Assembly (NCBI RefSeq): GCF_028641065.1
Contig: NC_073391.1
Coordinates: forward strand, 32,550,001 to 32,614,000
Length of the DNA stretch: 64,000 nt
Direction of reading: 5' to 3'
Source of the DNA: Leucoraja erinacea
Taxonomy: Eukaryota
This document shows positions 24,750-37,275 of the stretch, in pieces. How positions within the stretch are numbered: position 1 is the first letter of the stretch; every line of letters begins with the position of its first letter. The position numbers were made by a program, and so were the translations under genes. The notes under the pieces were generated by a model that was not told where the DNA came from, ran no database searches, and saw nothing but the letters and a program-made list of their open reading frames with translations.

Positions 24750-24873
24750 ACTCCGATCCAGACTGGGGTCTCTGCTGCTGCTCTCCCTGTGTTACCTGTT
24801 GCTGCTGCTCCCAGCCTACCAGAAGAGTCAGGACATCTGGCAGCTCTACAGCATGGCGGCCGATCGCATGGCG
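24750..24873 (+). CDS. st3gal7: alpha-2,3-sialyltransferase signal-anchor exon
   Basis: cacacag|A CTC CGA...GCG|gtacgt encodes LRSRLGSLLLLSLCYLLLLLPAYQK..., a type II membrane anchor. Confidence 0.75.
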
Positions 24874-26054
24874 GTACGTGGTGGTGGTGGTGGGGGGGAG
24901 GTGGGGGAGAGGGGGGGCAGGCACGGCATTGATGGAGATAGAGAACGGGAGGGCTCCGAGGCATTGATCGGGCAATGGGCACAAGTGTTTGGACCACCAA
25001 ATGCACTCATCCAGGGCAGGACCTACACATTGAATGACAGGGCTCTGGGGATCCAGGGATGCAGGTATATCGTTCTCTGAAATTGGTGTCGCAGGTGGAC
25101 AAGGAGTGTTGTGGAGCAGTGGGATGTAAGGGCGCAGGTACACAGTTCCCTGAAAGTGGCGTCACATGGAGTTAGGGAGAGTTCAGAGCAGAGGGATCCA
25201 AGAGTCCAGGTACACGGTTCCCTAAAAGTGAAGTCACAAGTAAGTCACAAGATGGTCAAGAAGGCTTTCAGCACTTTAGACTTTAGAGACGGGTCAGTCT
25301 GTAGAAAGGTCCCGACCCGAAATGTCACCTATCCATGTTATCCAGTGATGCTGCCTGATCTGCTGAGTTACTCCAGCAGTTTGCGTTATTTTTTTGTAAA
25401 CTAGCATCTGCAGTTTCTCGTTTTTTACATTCTAAACAAAAAATCTGGTGGCATGTTGACCCAGCGGTAAAGTTGCTGTCTTACAGCGCCAGTGACCCGG
25501 GTTCGATCCTGACTGCAGGTGCTGCCTGTACGGAATCTGTACGTTCTCCCCGTGACCTGCGTGGGTTTTCACAGTGTGCTTCGGTTTCCTTCCACAGTCC
25601 AAAGACGTACAAGGTTTGAGGGTTAATTGGCTTCTGTAAATTGTCCCTAAAGTGCAGGATAGTGCTAGTGCACGGTGTGGTCGCTGGGCGGTGCGGACCC
25701 GAAGGGCCGAAGGACCTGTTTGTGCGCTTTATCTCTAAAGTCTAAAGTCCTTTAGAAATCTGAGGGGTGACTTTTACACACAAAGTGTGGTGGGTGTATG
25801 GAACAAGCTACCAGTATAGGCATTTAACAAACAGTTAGACGAGTACATGGATAGGACGGGTTTGGAGGGATATGGATCAAATGCGGGCAGGTGGGACTGT
25901 GTGGGAGGGATGATGGGGAGATGGAGGCAGACGAGGGAGAGATGATGGGATATGGAGATGGATATGGGAGAGATAATGTGGAGATTGAGCTAGATGGAGG
26001 GGGGAGGGGTGGGTGGATGATTCAAACTTGGGGCTAGAAGTGGGAGAGATGATG

Positions 26055-26055
<1 letters not shown>

Positions 26056-26086
<31 letters not shown>

Positions 26087-26371
26087 TTTATTTAATAATA
26101 ATAATAATTTTATTTATAGAGCACTTTAAAAACAAACATAGCTGCAACAAAGTGCTGTACATCATTAATCATTGACAAAAAAGTTAATACACACCAAAAA
26201 TAACAATCAAAAGAAATAGTAGGAAAAGACATGTAAAATAAAGAAACATCAAAACACCACAAACAGAAGCAAAGCCTCAGGCATGGTCAAAAGCCAGGGA
26301 GTACAAATGTGTTTTAACACTGGATTTGAAGATGGACAGAGAGGGGGGCTGTCTGATGTGCAACGGCAGGG
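26056..26371 (-). mobile_element. L2 LINE 3' end with (TTA)n tail
   Basis: Minus strand reads TLPLHIRQPPSLSIFKSSVKTHLYSLAF, then a 3' UTR and tail. The same 3' end occurs at ~34083-34180(+), nested in a SINE. Confidence 0.75.
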
Positions 26372-26614
26372 TGATGAAACGAGGCCAGGTGGAGATGGGG
26401 AGATATGGCGAGATGAGGGGCAGATGACGGGGAGGTTAGACCAGACGGAGAAGAGGCTAGTGAAGATGGTACAAGAAACCAGTGGGTGAGTGTAGGTGAG
26501 GCGCAGCTGGTATATGTTGCCAGTGTGGGCAAGTTGGGCCGAAGGACCTGTTTCCACACAATATCATTCTATGACAAAATGGCTCAATGGTTCCACTCAT
26601 CTCTCTCTCTGCAG

Positions 26615-26967
26615 CACCTTCACAACAAGTCTCAGAGGGTCGTTTCAAGCCGCTGCGAGGTGAACTTCAGCCGCACCAGACTCACCGAGCTGTATCCAAG
26701 GAAAGCTCTTGGCAGCGTCCCGGTCTTTGTGGGACGGGGCTCGACCTCACTCCCGGGCGGCGGGAGGTACGAGCCACCCTTTGGGTTCAGAGGATGCGAG
26801 GAACAGCTTCGGGAAACCCTGGAGATGCTGCCGGAAGCTTCTGGAGGGATTCCCGGCGAGGAGCTGGCGCTGTCTGGCTGCAGGAGATGCGTGGTGGTGG
26901 GGAATGGAGGCATCCTGGGCGGAAGCCGGCTCGGACCGTACATTGACCAGCACAGCGTCGTTATCAG
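26615..26967 (+). CDS. st3gal7: ST3GAL5-related sialyltransferase (GT29), stem and start of sialylmotif L
   Basis: YEPPFGFRG...CRRCVVVGNGGILGGSRLGPYIDQHSVVIR. The family call is firm, while the paralogue name is inferred from divergence from ST3GAL5 and from synteny. Confidence 0.85.
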
Positions 26968-27642
26968 GTGACCGCACCACCAGCAGTCTCAGCTCTTGGG
27001 CAGCGTCAGTGATGCAGCCCTTGAGTCTGTAGAGGCATGGAGTACATGGAGCCCCTTGAGTCATGGAGTCCATGGTTGGAGACCATGGTGTCCATGCAGT
27101 TATATGCCATGACTCAACTCATTCGGCCCAACTCATTCATACTGACCACGATATCCTGTCTAAGCTTCTCTCTCCCACTTGCCCACTTCCCTTTAAACCT
27201 TTCCTATCTGTGTGCCTGTTCAAATATCTTTTAAATGCTGTTAGTCTACCTGTCTCAACTACCTCTTCTGGTAGCTCATTCCATTTACCGACCACCCTCT
27301 GTGTAAACAGGTTGCCCCTCTGGTTCCTATTAAGTCTTCCCCCCCTCTCACCCTAATCCTGTGGTCTCGAGTTCTTGATTCTCCTACTCTGGGTAAAAGA
27401 CTCTGTACATTCACCCCATCTATTCCCCTCAAGATTTTATACACCTCTTTCAGATCCCTCATCCTCCACATTCACTCTATCCAGGCCTTTCACTATTATA
27501 CATTCAACTTTATCAAGGCTTTTCACAATTCGTAAATTAGATTGATTTATATTAATATAAAGGTTTATTAAAAGAAGTGCAAGCTTGTGAAATGTTCTTG
27601 GTGACGGAGATTTTCTCTCTCACCCTCCTCCCGCATCATCAG

Positions 27643-27829
27643 ACTGAATAACGGGCCGGTGTCGGATCACGCACGGGACGTGGGTACAAAGACTACGCTG
27701 CGGATTGCGTACCCAGAGGGTGCTCTCAAGTCTCCCCGGGATTACGACCCAGCCTCGCTGCTGGTGGTGGCAACGTTCAAGTGCACGGACCTGTCTTGGG
27801 TAAAGGCCATGGTCAGGAAGGAGCCACTG
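27643..27829 (+). CDS. st3gal7: Sialyltransferase exon, end of sialylmotif L
   Basis: LNNGPVSDHARDVGTKTTLRIAYPEGA...FKCTDLSWVKAMVRKEPL. 187 nt. Confidence 0.87.
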
Positions 27830-28308
27830 GTGACTACTCATTTCTAGTTTAGTTTATTATTGTCGCTTGTATCGAGGTACGGTGAAAAGCTTTTGTTGGC
27901 ATGCGTGCTTTCCGGTCAAAGATGAGACTATGCAAGATTACAATGAAGCCGCCCACGGTGTTGTGGCCCCAGTAACATGATAAATTGTCCCTAGTGTGTA
28001 GGATAGTGTTAGTGTACGGGTTATCGCTGGTTGGCTGTTCACTGTATCTCTAAAGTCTAAAGAGATCCTGACTGTGGGTGCTGTCCGTATGGAGTTTGCA
28101 TGTTCTCCGTGACCGTGTGGGTTTTCTTCGGGTGGTCCGGTTTTCTCCCACACCCCCACGATGTGCAGGTTTGTAGCCTTCTGTAAATTGTCCCTAGTGT
28201 GTAGGATAGAACTAGTGTAAGGGGTGATCATTGGGCGGTGCGGACTCCGGGTCCCGAAGGGCCTGTTTCCATGCTGTGTCTCTAAACTATTCTGTTTTCC
28301 CTCTCCAG

Positions 28309-28467
28309 AGCCTTTGGCAGAAGATGTGGTTTTGGCAATCGGTGCCCGATCTGATTCCTTTGGAACCACACAATTACCGGATATTAAATCTGGACATTAT
28401 TCGGGAAACAGCGATGAACTACCTGGGCTTTCTGGAGCCAACCTCCAAGCGGTGGAGATGGAAACAG
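28309..28467 (+). CDS. st3gal7: Sialyltransferase exon
   Basis: SLWQKMWFWQSVPDLIPLEPHNYRILNLDIIRETAMNYLGFLEPTSKRWRWKQ. 159 nt. Confidence 0.87.
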
Positions 28468-29165
28468 GTACAGCTTTCACTCCCCAGAGATTCACCACAC
28501 TCTGGCTAAAGACATTCCTCATCTCCTTTCTAAAGGTACATCCTTTCCATATCTACTTTCTAAAGGTACGTCCTTTATCTACGTACCTGTCCTAATACCT
28601 GTGCTCTAGAGCACTCCCTGGCCCCCAATCTGGTGGCGAATCTGTGGAATTCATTGCCACAGACGGCAGTACAGGCCAAGTCATTGGGTATTTTGAAGGC
28701 AGACGTTGACAGGTTCTTGGTTTGTAATGGTGTTAAGGGTTGGGGGGGGGGGGCAGTAGACTCGATAGACAGAATGGCCTAATTCTGCCCCTTTGAGTTA
28801 TGAACTGCTGCTCACTGTAAATGCCCTGCCCTGCTCTGCCCAGCAAGATCTCATCTTACTCCTATAGTCCTAGATCCCTCTGGTCGACAGAACTCCCCAG
28901 GGCCATCCCATTCACTGTGAAGGTTATGGCCTGTTAGACCACAGAGCTTGACAGATTCTTGATTAGTACGGGTGTCAGATGTTATGGGTGATTAGTACAG
29001 GTGTCTGGGGTTATGCGGAGAAGGCAGAATGGGGTAGAGTGGTGGTGTAGATCAGCCATGATTGAATGGCAGAGTAGACATGGTGGGCCGAATGACCTTA
29101 TTCTGCTCATATAACCTATGAACTGCCCAGCACTGATCTAGCTCTCGTTGGTGTTTTTTGCTCAG

Positions 29166-29408
29166 ATGGTTCCAACACTGGGAGTGACCTCGGTCGTCAC
29201 TGCCTTACACCTCTGTGATGAGGTGAACCTGGCTGGCTTTGGCTACGACATGCACCACCTCGATCTACCTCTACACTACTACGAGGCTATCCGCATGGAT
29301 GCCATGAACGCTCAGGCTGTGCACAACGTCAACCAAGAGAAGCTCTTCCTGGCCGCTTTAGTGAAGGGGAATGTCGTCAATGACCTTACGGAGGGGGTCA
29401 ACTGGTAG
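29166..29408 (+). CDS. st3gal7: Sialyltransferase last exon (sialylmotifs S, III, VS)
   Basis: PTLGVTSVVTALHLCDEVNLAGFGY (motif S), HYYE (motif III), HNVNQE (motif VS), then a TAG stop. Confidence 0.9.
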   Translation: MVPTLGVTSVVTALHLCDEVNLAGFGYDMHHLDLPLHYYEAIRMDAMNAQAVHNVNQEKLFLAALVKGNVVNDLTEGVNW

Positions 29409-30571
29409 GACATCTACTCAAAATCTTGCCAAATGCGGGCAACTGTGTAGAAGGAAGGAAATGCAGATGCTGGTTTACCAAGGAACAAGGCAAAGTGGAT
29501 GTGGAGAGGATGTTTCCATTAGTGGGAGAGTCCAGGACCTGGAGAGGAGCTCTGACCGCCGGCTCTGCAGTCTGTGGTGCTTCTGGCTGTGGCGAGGCGG
29601 GGACTTTAAATCTTCGACCGCCGGCCTGCGGCCTACACCATCTTGAAGCTGCGGTCTCCGGTGGGGAGGCACCGATTCAGGACTTACCTGGACTTATCTT
29701 GTCCGTACATCTGGATGTTCGCAGCGGTAACTGCGGAGGGTTGAGGTCCCGACCACGGGGGGAAATGGAGGAGGACTGGCCAAATTTTGTGCCTCCCACC
29801 GCAGTGATGAATGCTGTGGTGGATGTTTGTGTACATTTTTAAAATTGTGTATTGTGTGTTATTTTTTTATTGTACCGCTGCTGGCAAATTCATTTCAATT
29901 GCACTTATGTGCAAGTGACGAATAAAACTTGATTGATTGATGAAGGGGGGGGGGGTGGGGAGGGGATTGGTAGATAGGGAGAGAAGGGGAAGTGAAATGT
30001 AAAGCTGGAGGGCGGGAGGGGGGATATGGGTGGGAGATATGGTTGGGAGGAGAGGAAAGAGGATGGATAAAAGGGAAATGTGGGTCTCGGGGATGGGGGA
30101 TGAGTGTATATAGAGGAGGGGCAAGGAATGTGACCTTCAATGATGCAGATAAGAGAGGATTCATGTGCAGCTTTACAAACATTACTAAGATATGAAAAAG
30201 ACACAAAGTGGTGGAATAACCCAGCAGGTCAGGCAGCATCTCTGGAGAATATGGATAGGTGCCATTTTGGGTCAGGTCTGAAGAAGTGTCCCAACTCAAA
30301 ACATCACCTATCCATGTTCTCAAGAGATGTTGCCAGACCTGCCGAGTTACTCCAGCACTTTGTCTTTTTTTTGTAAACCAACATCTGCAGTTCCTTGTAT
30401 GACATTTTACTAAGGTCTGTCAGTTAACTGGTCTTTATGGATGAACATAGAAATGTTTGTGCAACTCGGGGCAAGTCTAAGGTTGTCAAAAGGCTCAATG
30501 ACTGGTCTTAACATCCGTATTGTTTGTTCACATGCTGGATTAAAAGTACTGTTTATAAATTCTCTGTACAA

Positions 30572-30577
30572 AATAAA
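30572..30577 (+). terminator. Candidate polyadenylation signal of the sialyltransferase gene
   Basis: AATAAA in non-repetitive AT-rich sequence ~1.2 kb after the stop. An earlier AATAAA at ~29921 lies in a repeat tail. Confidence 0.35.
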
Positions 30578-33413
30578 ATATTACAATTGTTGCAACTGTT
30601 CTGTGAAACCAATTAACTATAAGATTCTAATGAATGCTAGAATTGGACAAAGCATTATACTGCAGATCAAGTAGTCCACAGTAATGGATAGGAAATGTTT
30701 AGAGGGATATGGGGGCAAACACGGTTAGATGAAGCACCTTGGTCAGCATGGACCAGTTGGGCTGAAGGGCCTGTTTCTGTACTATATGACTAGTTCTTTG
30801 CTGCAAGGTATTGTGGAGCTATTTACATCCATTCAACTTTGTGTTTAGAATTAAAAAAAAACATTGGACAGATACATGGATAGGAAGGGGAAAGAGGGCT
30901 CTGGCCCAAATGCAGGCAAATGGACTCGTCCAATATGCCAACCTAATCGGCGTGGACAAGTTGGGCTGAACGGCCGGTTTCTGTGCTATACAGCTCTGAC
31001 ACTAATTATTAACACAGCATTTAGAAAGGATATACAGCAAAATTAGGAAGCTTGTGCAGTAACTAACTGTCATTGTGGTGCAGCTGGTAGAGCTGCTGCT
31101 TCACAGCACCAGAGACCCAGGTTCGATCCAGACCTTGGGTACAGTCTGATGGTAGAGTTTGCACATTCTCCCAGAGACTGCGTGGGTTTTCTCTGGGTGT
31201 TCAGGTTCCCTCCCACATCCCAAAGATCTGCAGGTTTGTAGGCTAACTGGCTTGTTCTGTAAATTGTCTCTAGTGCGTAGGATAGAACTAGTGTATGGAG
31301 ATCGCTGGTCGTGTACAAGTTAATTGGCCTCTGTAAAATTATCTCAAGTGTGCAGGGAGTGGATGCGGAACTGAGATAGCATTGTACTAGAGTGAACGGG
31401 GGATCGATGATTAGCCTTCCACAGCTTCTACTTGAAAGTCCATCGACTTGTTTACATGCTGCATCACAAAACTATCACCAAGTAAGAGCGAACCTGACCT
31501 CTCATCTGCCCCGTTGGTAACCCTCGGACTATCTTTAATCGGACTGTACCTTGCACTAAATGTTATTCTGTAACAGTACACTGTGGACGGCTTCATTGTG
31601 ATCATGTAGAGTCTTTCTGCTGACTAGATAGCACACAAATAAAGGTTTTCACTGCACCTTGGTACATGTGACAATAATAATAAACTACATTTAAATTTGT
31701 GAACTTTTGATAATACACAATTTCTCAACATCAAAATATTGTCAATGATCAAGGTGAGAGGAAGCGGTGTTTATTTTATTTTATTGATCATGTCTATTGA
31801 CATGCAAAAACTCACTTCATTTCATAAAAATAACTAATCCCGGTATCTATCTTGGATGCAGCAGCAGCTCCGAGCTCACCAGCTGTCATGCTTGGTCCAA
31901 AGGTCTCTTGACATAACAAATATTTAATGAGTATATAACTTCATATTACAACTTCCTCAGTCGAGTTGCTGTGAAATATTCAAAATAGTTCCTGCGTTAC
32001 TGATTAACTGGGCAAAGGTCATCTTCACAAAGGGGGGGGGGGAGAGAGAGAGACAGAGAGACAGAGGGGTCTACCACCCCCAGGTACAGAGTACACATCA
32101 GACACCTAGAGTTAGTTCCTGTATCTTGCACCAAATGATATTGCCTTTATCCTGTATCTGTACACTGTGGACGGTTCAATTGTAATCATGTATAGTCTTT
32201 CCGCTGACAAAAGCTTTTCACTGTATCTCGGTACACGTGACAATAAACTAAACTCAGCCTGAATGTTGACAATTCCCCACCAGTTCCACTCTGCATCTGC
32301 AACTCTCTTGATCCACAATCCATCCAGGATTGAATCCCACCCTCCACATTGCCCTCAAAACAGACTCAGTAGGTAGAGCATGAGGGGGAAGGAAGAATAG
32401 AGTGAAGGAGTCAAACTAAGATCCATCCACTGATTCCCCGCTCGTCATTCACCTTCGCTTGCAGTAACCCACAAACTAAAGATTGAGTGTGTATGCTGAG
32501 CAATAACTAGAGCCAAGCCATTTGATCATTTTCCAGATGGGGCATGTTGGATATCATGGGTAAATTGGGCCGTATGACCTGTTTCCACGCTGTATGACTA
32601 TCTCTACACACACTTCCAGTTTTGGTTAGTTCTGCACTGCTAGCCATTTAAACAACCTTCCATCTCACTCCTACCAGCTCTGTTGATTGTGTGATCCTGG
32701 GAGAAATCAGTTCAATTTGTTCTGGTTTCCATCAATCCTATGCTCTAAAGATGCAAGGAAACAAAGTTTTGAAACACCATTACCAGAGAGGAACTCCAAC
32801 GGACATTATTGTTCATAACCATCTCGTGACAGAGGCAGGGCAGCCAAATGTATCTTTATCTTTAAGTTTGACAGACCAAGGACAAGATTTATATGCAACG
32901 TGGATTTTTATCAAAATCATCTGTTCATTATGGTTCAGTTTTAGCTCACAATTCAAATATCCAGCCATTTCAAACAAAGACAATTTTTTAGCTGCACAGT
33001 GGTGCAGCAGTAGAGCTGCTCCCTTTCTCCGCCAGAGATCTCGGTACGATCCTGACTTCGGGTGCTGTCTGTGGGGAGTTTGCACGTTCTCCCTGTGACT
33101 GCATGGATTTTCTCCACATGCTCCAGTTTCCTCCCGCATTCAAAAGATTTGTAGGTTAATCGGCTTCTGTAAAGTGTGTAGGATAGTGCTAGTATAGGGA
33201 TCGCTGGTTTGGAGTCGACAGTGGATGAGAAAGTGGAATAACATAGAACTAGCGTAAATGGGTGAGGGATGGTCGGCTCGGACTCGGTGGGTTGAAGGAC
33301 CTGCTTCCATGCTGTATCGCTAAAAGCAAAACTTCAGCAGGCTAGTCCTCACCACTAACATCCATTGTCCACAAAGAAAAACCATTCTCTGGACTTCCAA
33401 TGTTGGTCTTGTT

Positions 33414-33576
33414 TCAGAAGAGGGGGATGCGAGAGGGCTCCCACAACCTGCGTGCCAGATCACAGCATTGCTGAACGATAAAATCCGCGGGTATGACCCC
33501 AAAGTGGATGGTGAACAGCTCGAAGCACTTTATCATTTCCAAGCTGTGGTTCTTGCCGTAGTATCGCAATAGTTTC
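33414..33576 (-). CDS. HPS1: HPS1 (BLOC-3 subunit) last coding exon
   Basis: [53 protein letters not shown], matching the human C-terminus LARRLWEASRIPLL. Confidence 0.96.
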
Positions 33577-35348
33577 CTGGGGAGAAGAGAGATCACTGGG
33601 TTCAAAAACTCCTACATAGTAAAATAATATTTACTATCGCCATTTTACAAGGTCACACTAACATAGAAGCCAGTGTCTATGTGGACAAAATATAGTGAAG
33701 CAGTGTATTTTTTAACTGAGGTAATAAAACATGTCAAAAACTATCCCACAAATAAATTGTATTAACTAGCCGTTTGAATATTTGATCTGTGACCTTTACT
33801 TGATCATTTACTTTATTCAATCTACAAATTTCTTTGTCAGTTCAAAAATTAAAGCTACTATTCTTGGACAAATTTGGCAGCACGGTGGCACAGCGGTAAA
33901 ACTGCAGCTTTACTTAGCCTTGCAGAGACCCCGGTTCAATCCTGTCTGAGGGTTCTGTCTGTACGGAGTTTGTCCATTCAAACTTTGACCATGAGGGTTT
34001 TCTCCTGATGCTCCTGGTATCTCCCATATTTCAAAGACATGCAGGTTTGTAAGTTAATTGACTTCAGTAAAAATTGTAATGATTTTTTTTTGTCAATGAT
34101 TAGTGATGTACAGCACTTTGTTGCAACTATGTTTGTTTTTAAAGTGCTCTATAAATAAAATTATTATTATTATTATTATAGTGTGTAGGAGAGTGCTAGT
34201 GTACGGGGATCGCTGGTCAGTGTGGACTTGGTGGGCCAAAGGGCCTTTTTCCACATTGTATCTTTAAACTAAACTGAACACATCAGAAGCCCAACATGAA
34301 AAGATGTTGTTACAGAATTGAAACCAAAGAGCAATCCACTGTTATGCACTAAATTTGCAGTGCCATGCCACTGTGATTGACTATCGACTGAAGATTGAAT
34401 CAGTCAAGCACGACCTTCACTGTAGCTGTAATTAGAGATGGGCATAAATCCTCACCCCCGTAGAGCTGCTGATCTCTGGGAATTAATTTTTTTTTTAAAT
34501 AACGTCTACAAATTACCTTTTCATTTTTTGGGGCAGCACCTTGGTGCAACAGTAAAGTTGCCGCCTTATAGCGCCATAGTCCCAAGTTTGATTCTGTCTA
34601 CGGCCGCTGTCTGTATGGAGTTTGTGCATTGTCCCTGTGACTGTGTGGGTTTCCTCTGGTGTTCCAGTTTCCTCTCACATCCCAAAGACATGCAGGTATA
34701 GGGGTTAATTGGCTTCTGTAAATTGTCCCTAGTGTGTAGAACTAGTGATGGACACAAAGGTGCTGGAGTAACTCAGCAGGTCAGGCAGCATCTCTGGCGA
34801 AAATTCATGATATTTTGGGTTGGATTCCTTCTTCACGAGGGTTCAATGGTATGGAACTAGCGTATGGGTGATCACTGGTCGGTGTAGACTCAGTGGGCCA
34901 AAGGGCCTGTTTCCACACTGTATCTCTAAACTAAACTCCAAATTCTTGAGCCCCAAACCCCAGGAACTGAATATAATGTGACAATTTACATTTATCCCTT
35001 AATACTCGTAGATACTTAAACATGACCATTTCTCTTGACTAAAGAGTCCCAGGCTTTCAGCCTCAGCCTGCAGCTCAGAAGCACAATTTAAATAACACTG
35101 TTAAACGTTTTCATGTACTGGTCTGGAACGCTGCACTTTTGTCACTACACATGTACATTAGGTTGATGTTTACTAGCATGGCACTTTACATCTAAATATA
35201 AATGATGGTCCATTAATACTTAGATAGACACAAACTGCTGGAGGAACTTTGAGGGTAAGGCAGCATCTCTGGAGAAAATAGGTACCGCTAAGTGTCGTTT
35301 AAGGTTAGGACCGTTCTTCAGACTGAAAGTCTTGCATGAAACATCTGC

Positions 35349-35526
35349 CACTTTCAGTTTGATGAAGGGTGCCCACCCAAAATGTTACCTATCACTTTCA
35401 TTCTCAAGAAGGGTCCCGACATGAAACGTCATCTATCACTTTCAGTGTGAAGGAGAATCCCAACCTGAAATGTCACCAATCACTTTAAGTCTGAAGAAGG
35501 GTCCCAACCCAAAACGTCACCTATCA
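35349..35526 (+). repeat. Four tandem 44-bp units of the Penelope-type hammerhead motif
   Basis: Units start at 35349, 35393, 35437 and 35481. Consensus CACTTTCAGTCTGAAGAAGGGTCCCRACCYGAAAYGTCACCTAT. Confidence 0.8.
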
Positions 35527-35693
35527 TTTTGTTCCAGGGATGCTGCCTGACCCGCTGAGTTACTCCAGCACTTTGTGTCTATCTTCGCTATAAACCAACG
35601 TCTGCAGTTCTTTGTTTCTACATTAATGCAAGACTGCTTCAGATTTTCCACCCTGCCCCAACACCCCAACTTTAGAACTAAACAAGGTTTTAC

Positions 35694-35776
35694 CTGTAAT
35701 AATCTCCGGTCAACATCCCAATGGGAGCAGAGTCATCGGACAGCACTGGCAGCTCTATGACCGGTAACTTGTATCC
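35694..35776 (-). CDS. HPS1: HPS1 exon
   Basis: GYKLPVIELPVLSDDSAPIGMLTGDYY(R). 83 nt. Confidence 0.95.
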
Positions 35777-37161
35777 CTAATAAACAAGAGTGCAAGAATT
35801 TGTATGATAGGTTTACAGTGGACACACAAACAAACCGAACATGGTGGGAGAATTGCTGGTGCAACTATCTGTTGGGAAGGGCAAGGATATGTCACGAGGG
35901 GAGCGAGCTTGTGGTGTGAACGTGAGTGGGTACGTGGCGAGAGGAGGAGCAAACGGGTATTCTTAAGTTGCGAGGTTGCACTAAACAGGGACGACATTGG
36001 GGATCTCCTGGGCAAATGCAAATTGCGTAATGAAAAATGGCAGTGATTTGTTGAAGGCAAATCAGGCTTCACTCACGAGATAAAGTTTTTTTGACGATGT
36101 TGCGGATGATTGATAAGGAAATGTGTATATGGATGTTCAAATTACATTTGATCGCGTGTTAAGCAATAAACCTTGTCATGTAGTTCGAGGGGTAGAAGCG
36201 GCAAGGATAGGAATGTGTTTAAATGGCAGGAAAGGAAACAGTAATGAATAGTTTTTGCTCAGATGGTGGGAAGTTTACCGCGGCATTTCTCCGGGATCTG
36301 CACTAGCACTAACCCTTTCTATTATATATTAATGACGATGAACAGGAAGGAACACTAGAAGGGCTGGTGGAAGCAACATTGTGACCTTTCTGTGAGTAGA
36401 TCATTACAAATTAGGGCTCTCTCATATAAACACCATGCAATATAAATTCCACACACAAGGAGGAATGCTTAGATATTTGTTCAAAGTCAAATAAGTTCCT
36501 TCTTGAAAATGCGATAGTCATAGTCAGTCATACAGAATGGAAACATGCTCATTGACCAACATCCCCACCAAGAAGCCCCATCTACACTAGTCCCACTTGA
36601 CCTATATCCCTCTAAACCTTTCCTATCCATGTGCCTATTCAAGTATCTTTTAAATGCTGCTCTAGTCCCTGCCTCAACTATAGTCCCTGCTACTCATATA
36701 CATACACTACATTCTGAGTGAAAAGGTTTCCCCTCAGCTTCCTATTAAGTATTTTCCCTCTCACTTTTAATCTATGTCACCTGGTTCTTGATTCCCTTCC
36801 CCTGGATAACAGACTGTGCATTTACCCTCTCTATTCCCCTCAAGACTTTGTACATCTCAATAATATCACCCCTCAGTCTCCTGTGTTCCAAGGAATAAAG
36901 TCCGAGCCTGCCCCGCTACTCCCTATTGCTCGAGTCCTCAAGTCCTGGCAACATCCTTGTAAATCATCTCTGCATCTTTTCCAGCTCAAAAATATATTAC
37001 TTTCGCTGAGGAACAATGCCAGTCGAAAGTGTTTCCTTCCTCCATGAAAAGTAGAATTAGACAGCTCGGAAAGAACTGTATGCTTGCTTATTATATATTG
37101 CATTTTTCATGGGTTATTCCCTCGTTCTTTGAAACACTAATTGAAAATAAAACATACTCAC

Positions 37162-37275
37162 AACTTCATTCTCAAACCAGAGAAAATAGCAGCAGTAGTA
37201 ATCCCCATCACGGAATGTCAGGGTGGTATACCCCTTCTGCAAGTATCTCTGGCCCATACCAACAAGAGACCACAC
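37162..37275 (-). CDS. HPS1: HPS1 exon
   Basis: [38 protein letters not shown]. 114 nt. Confidence 0.96.
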
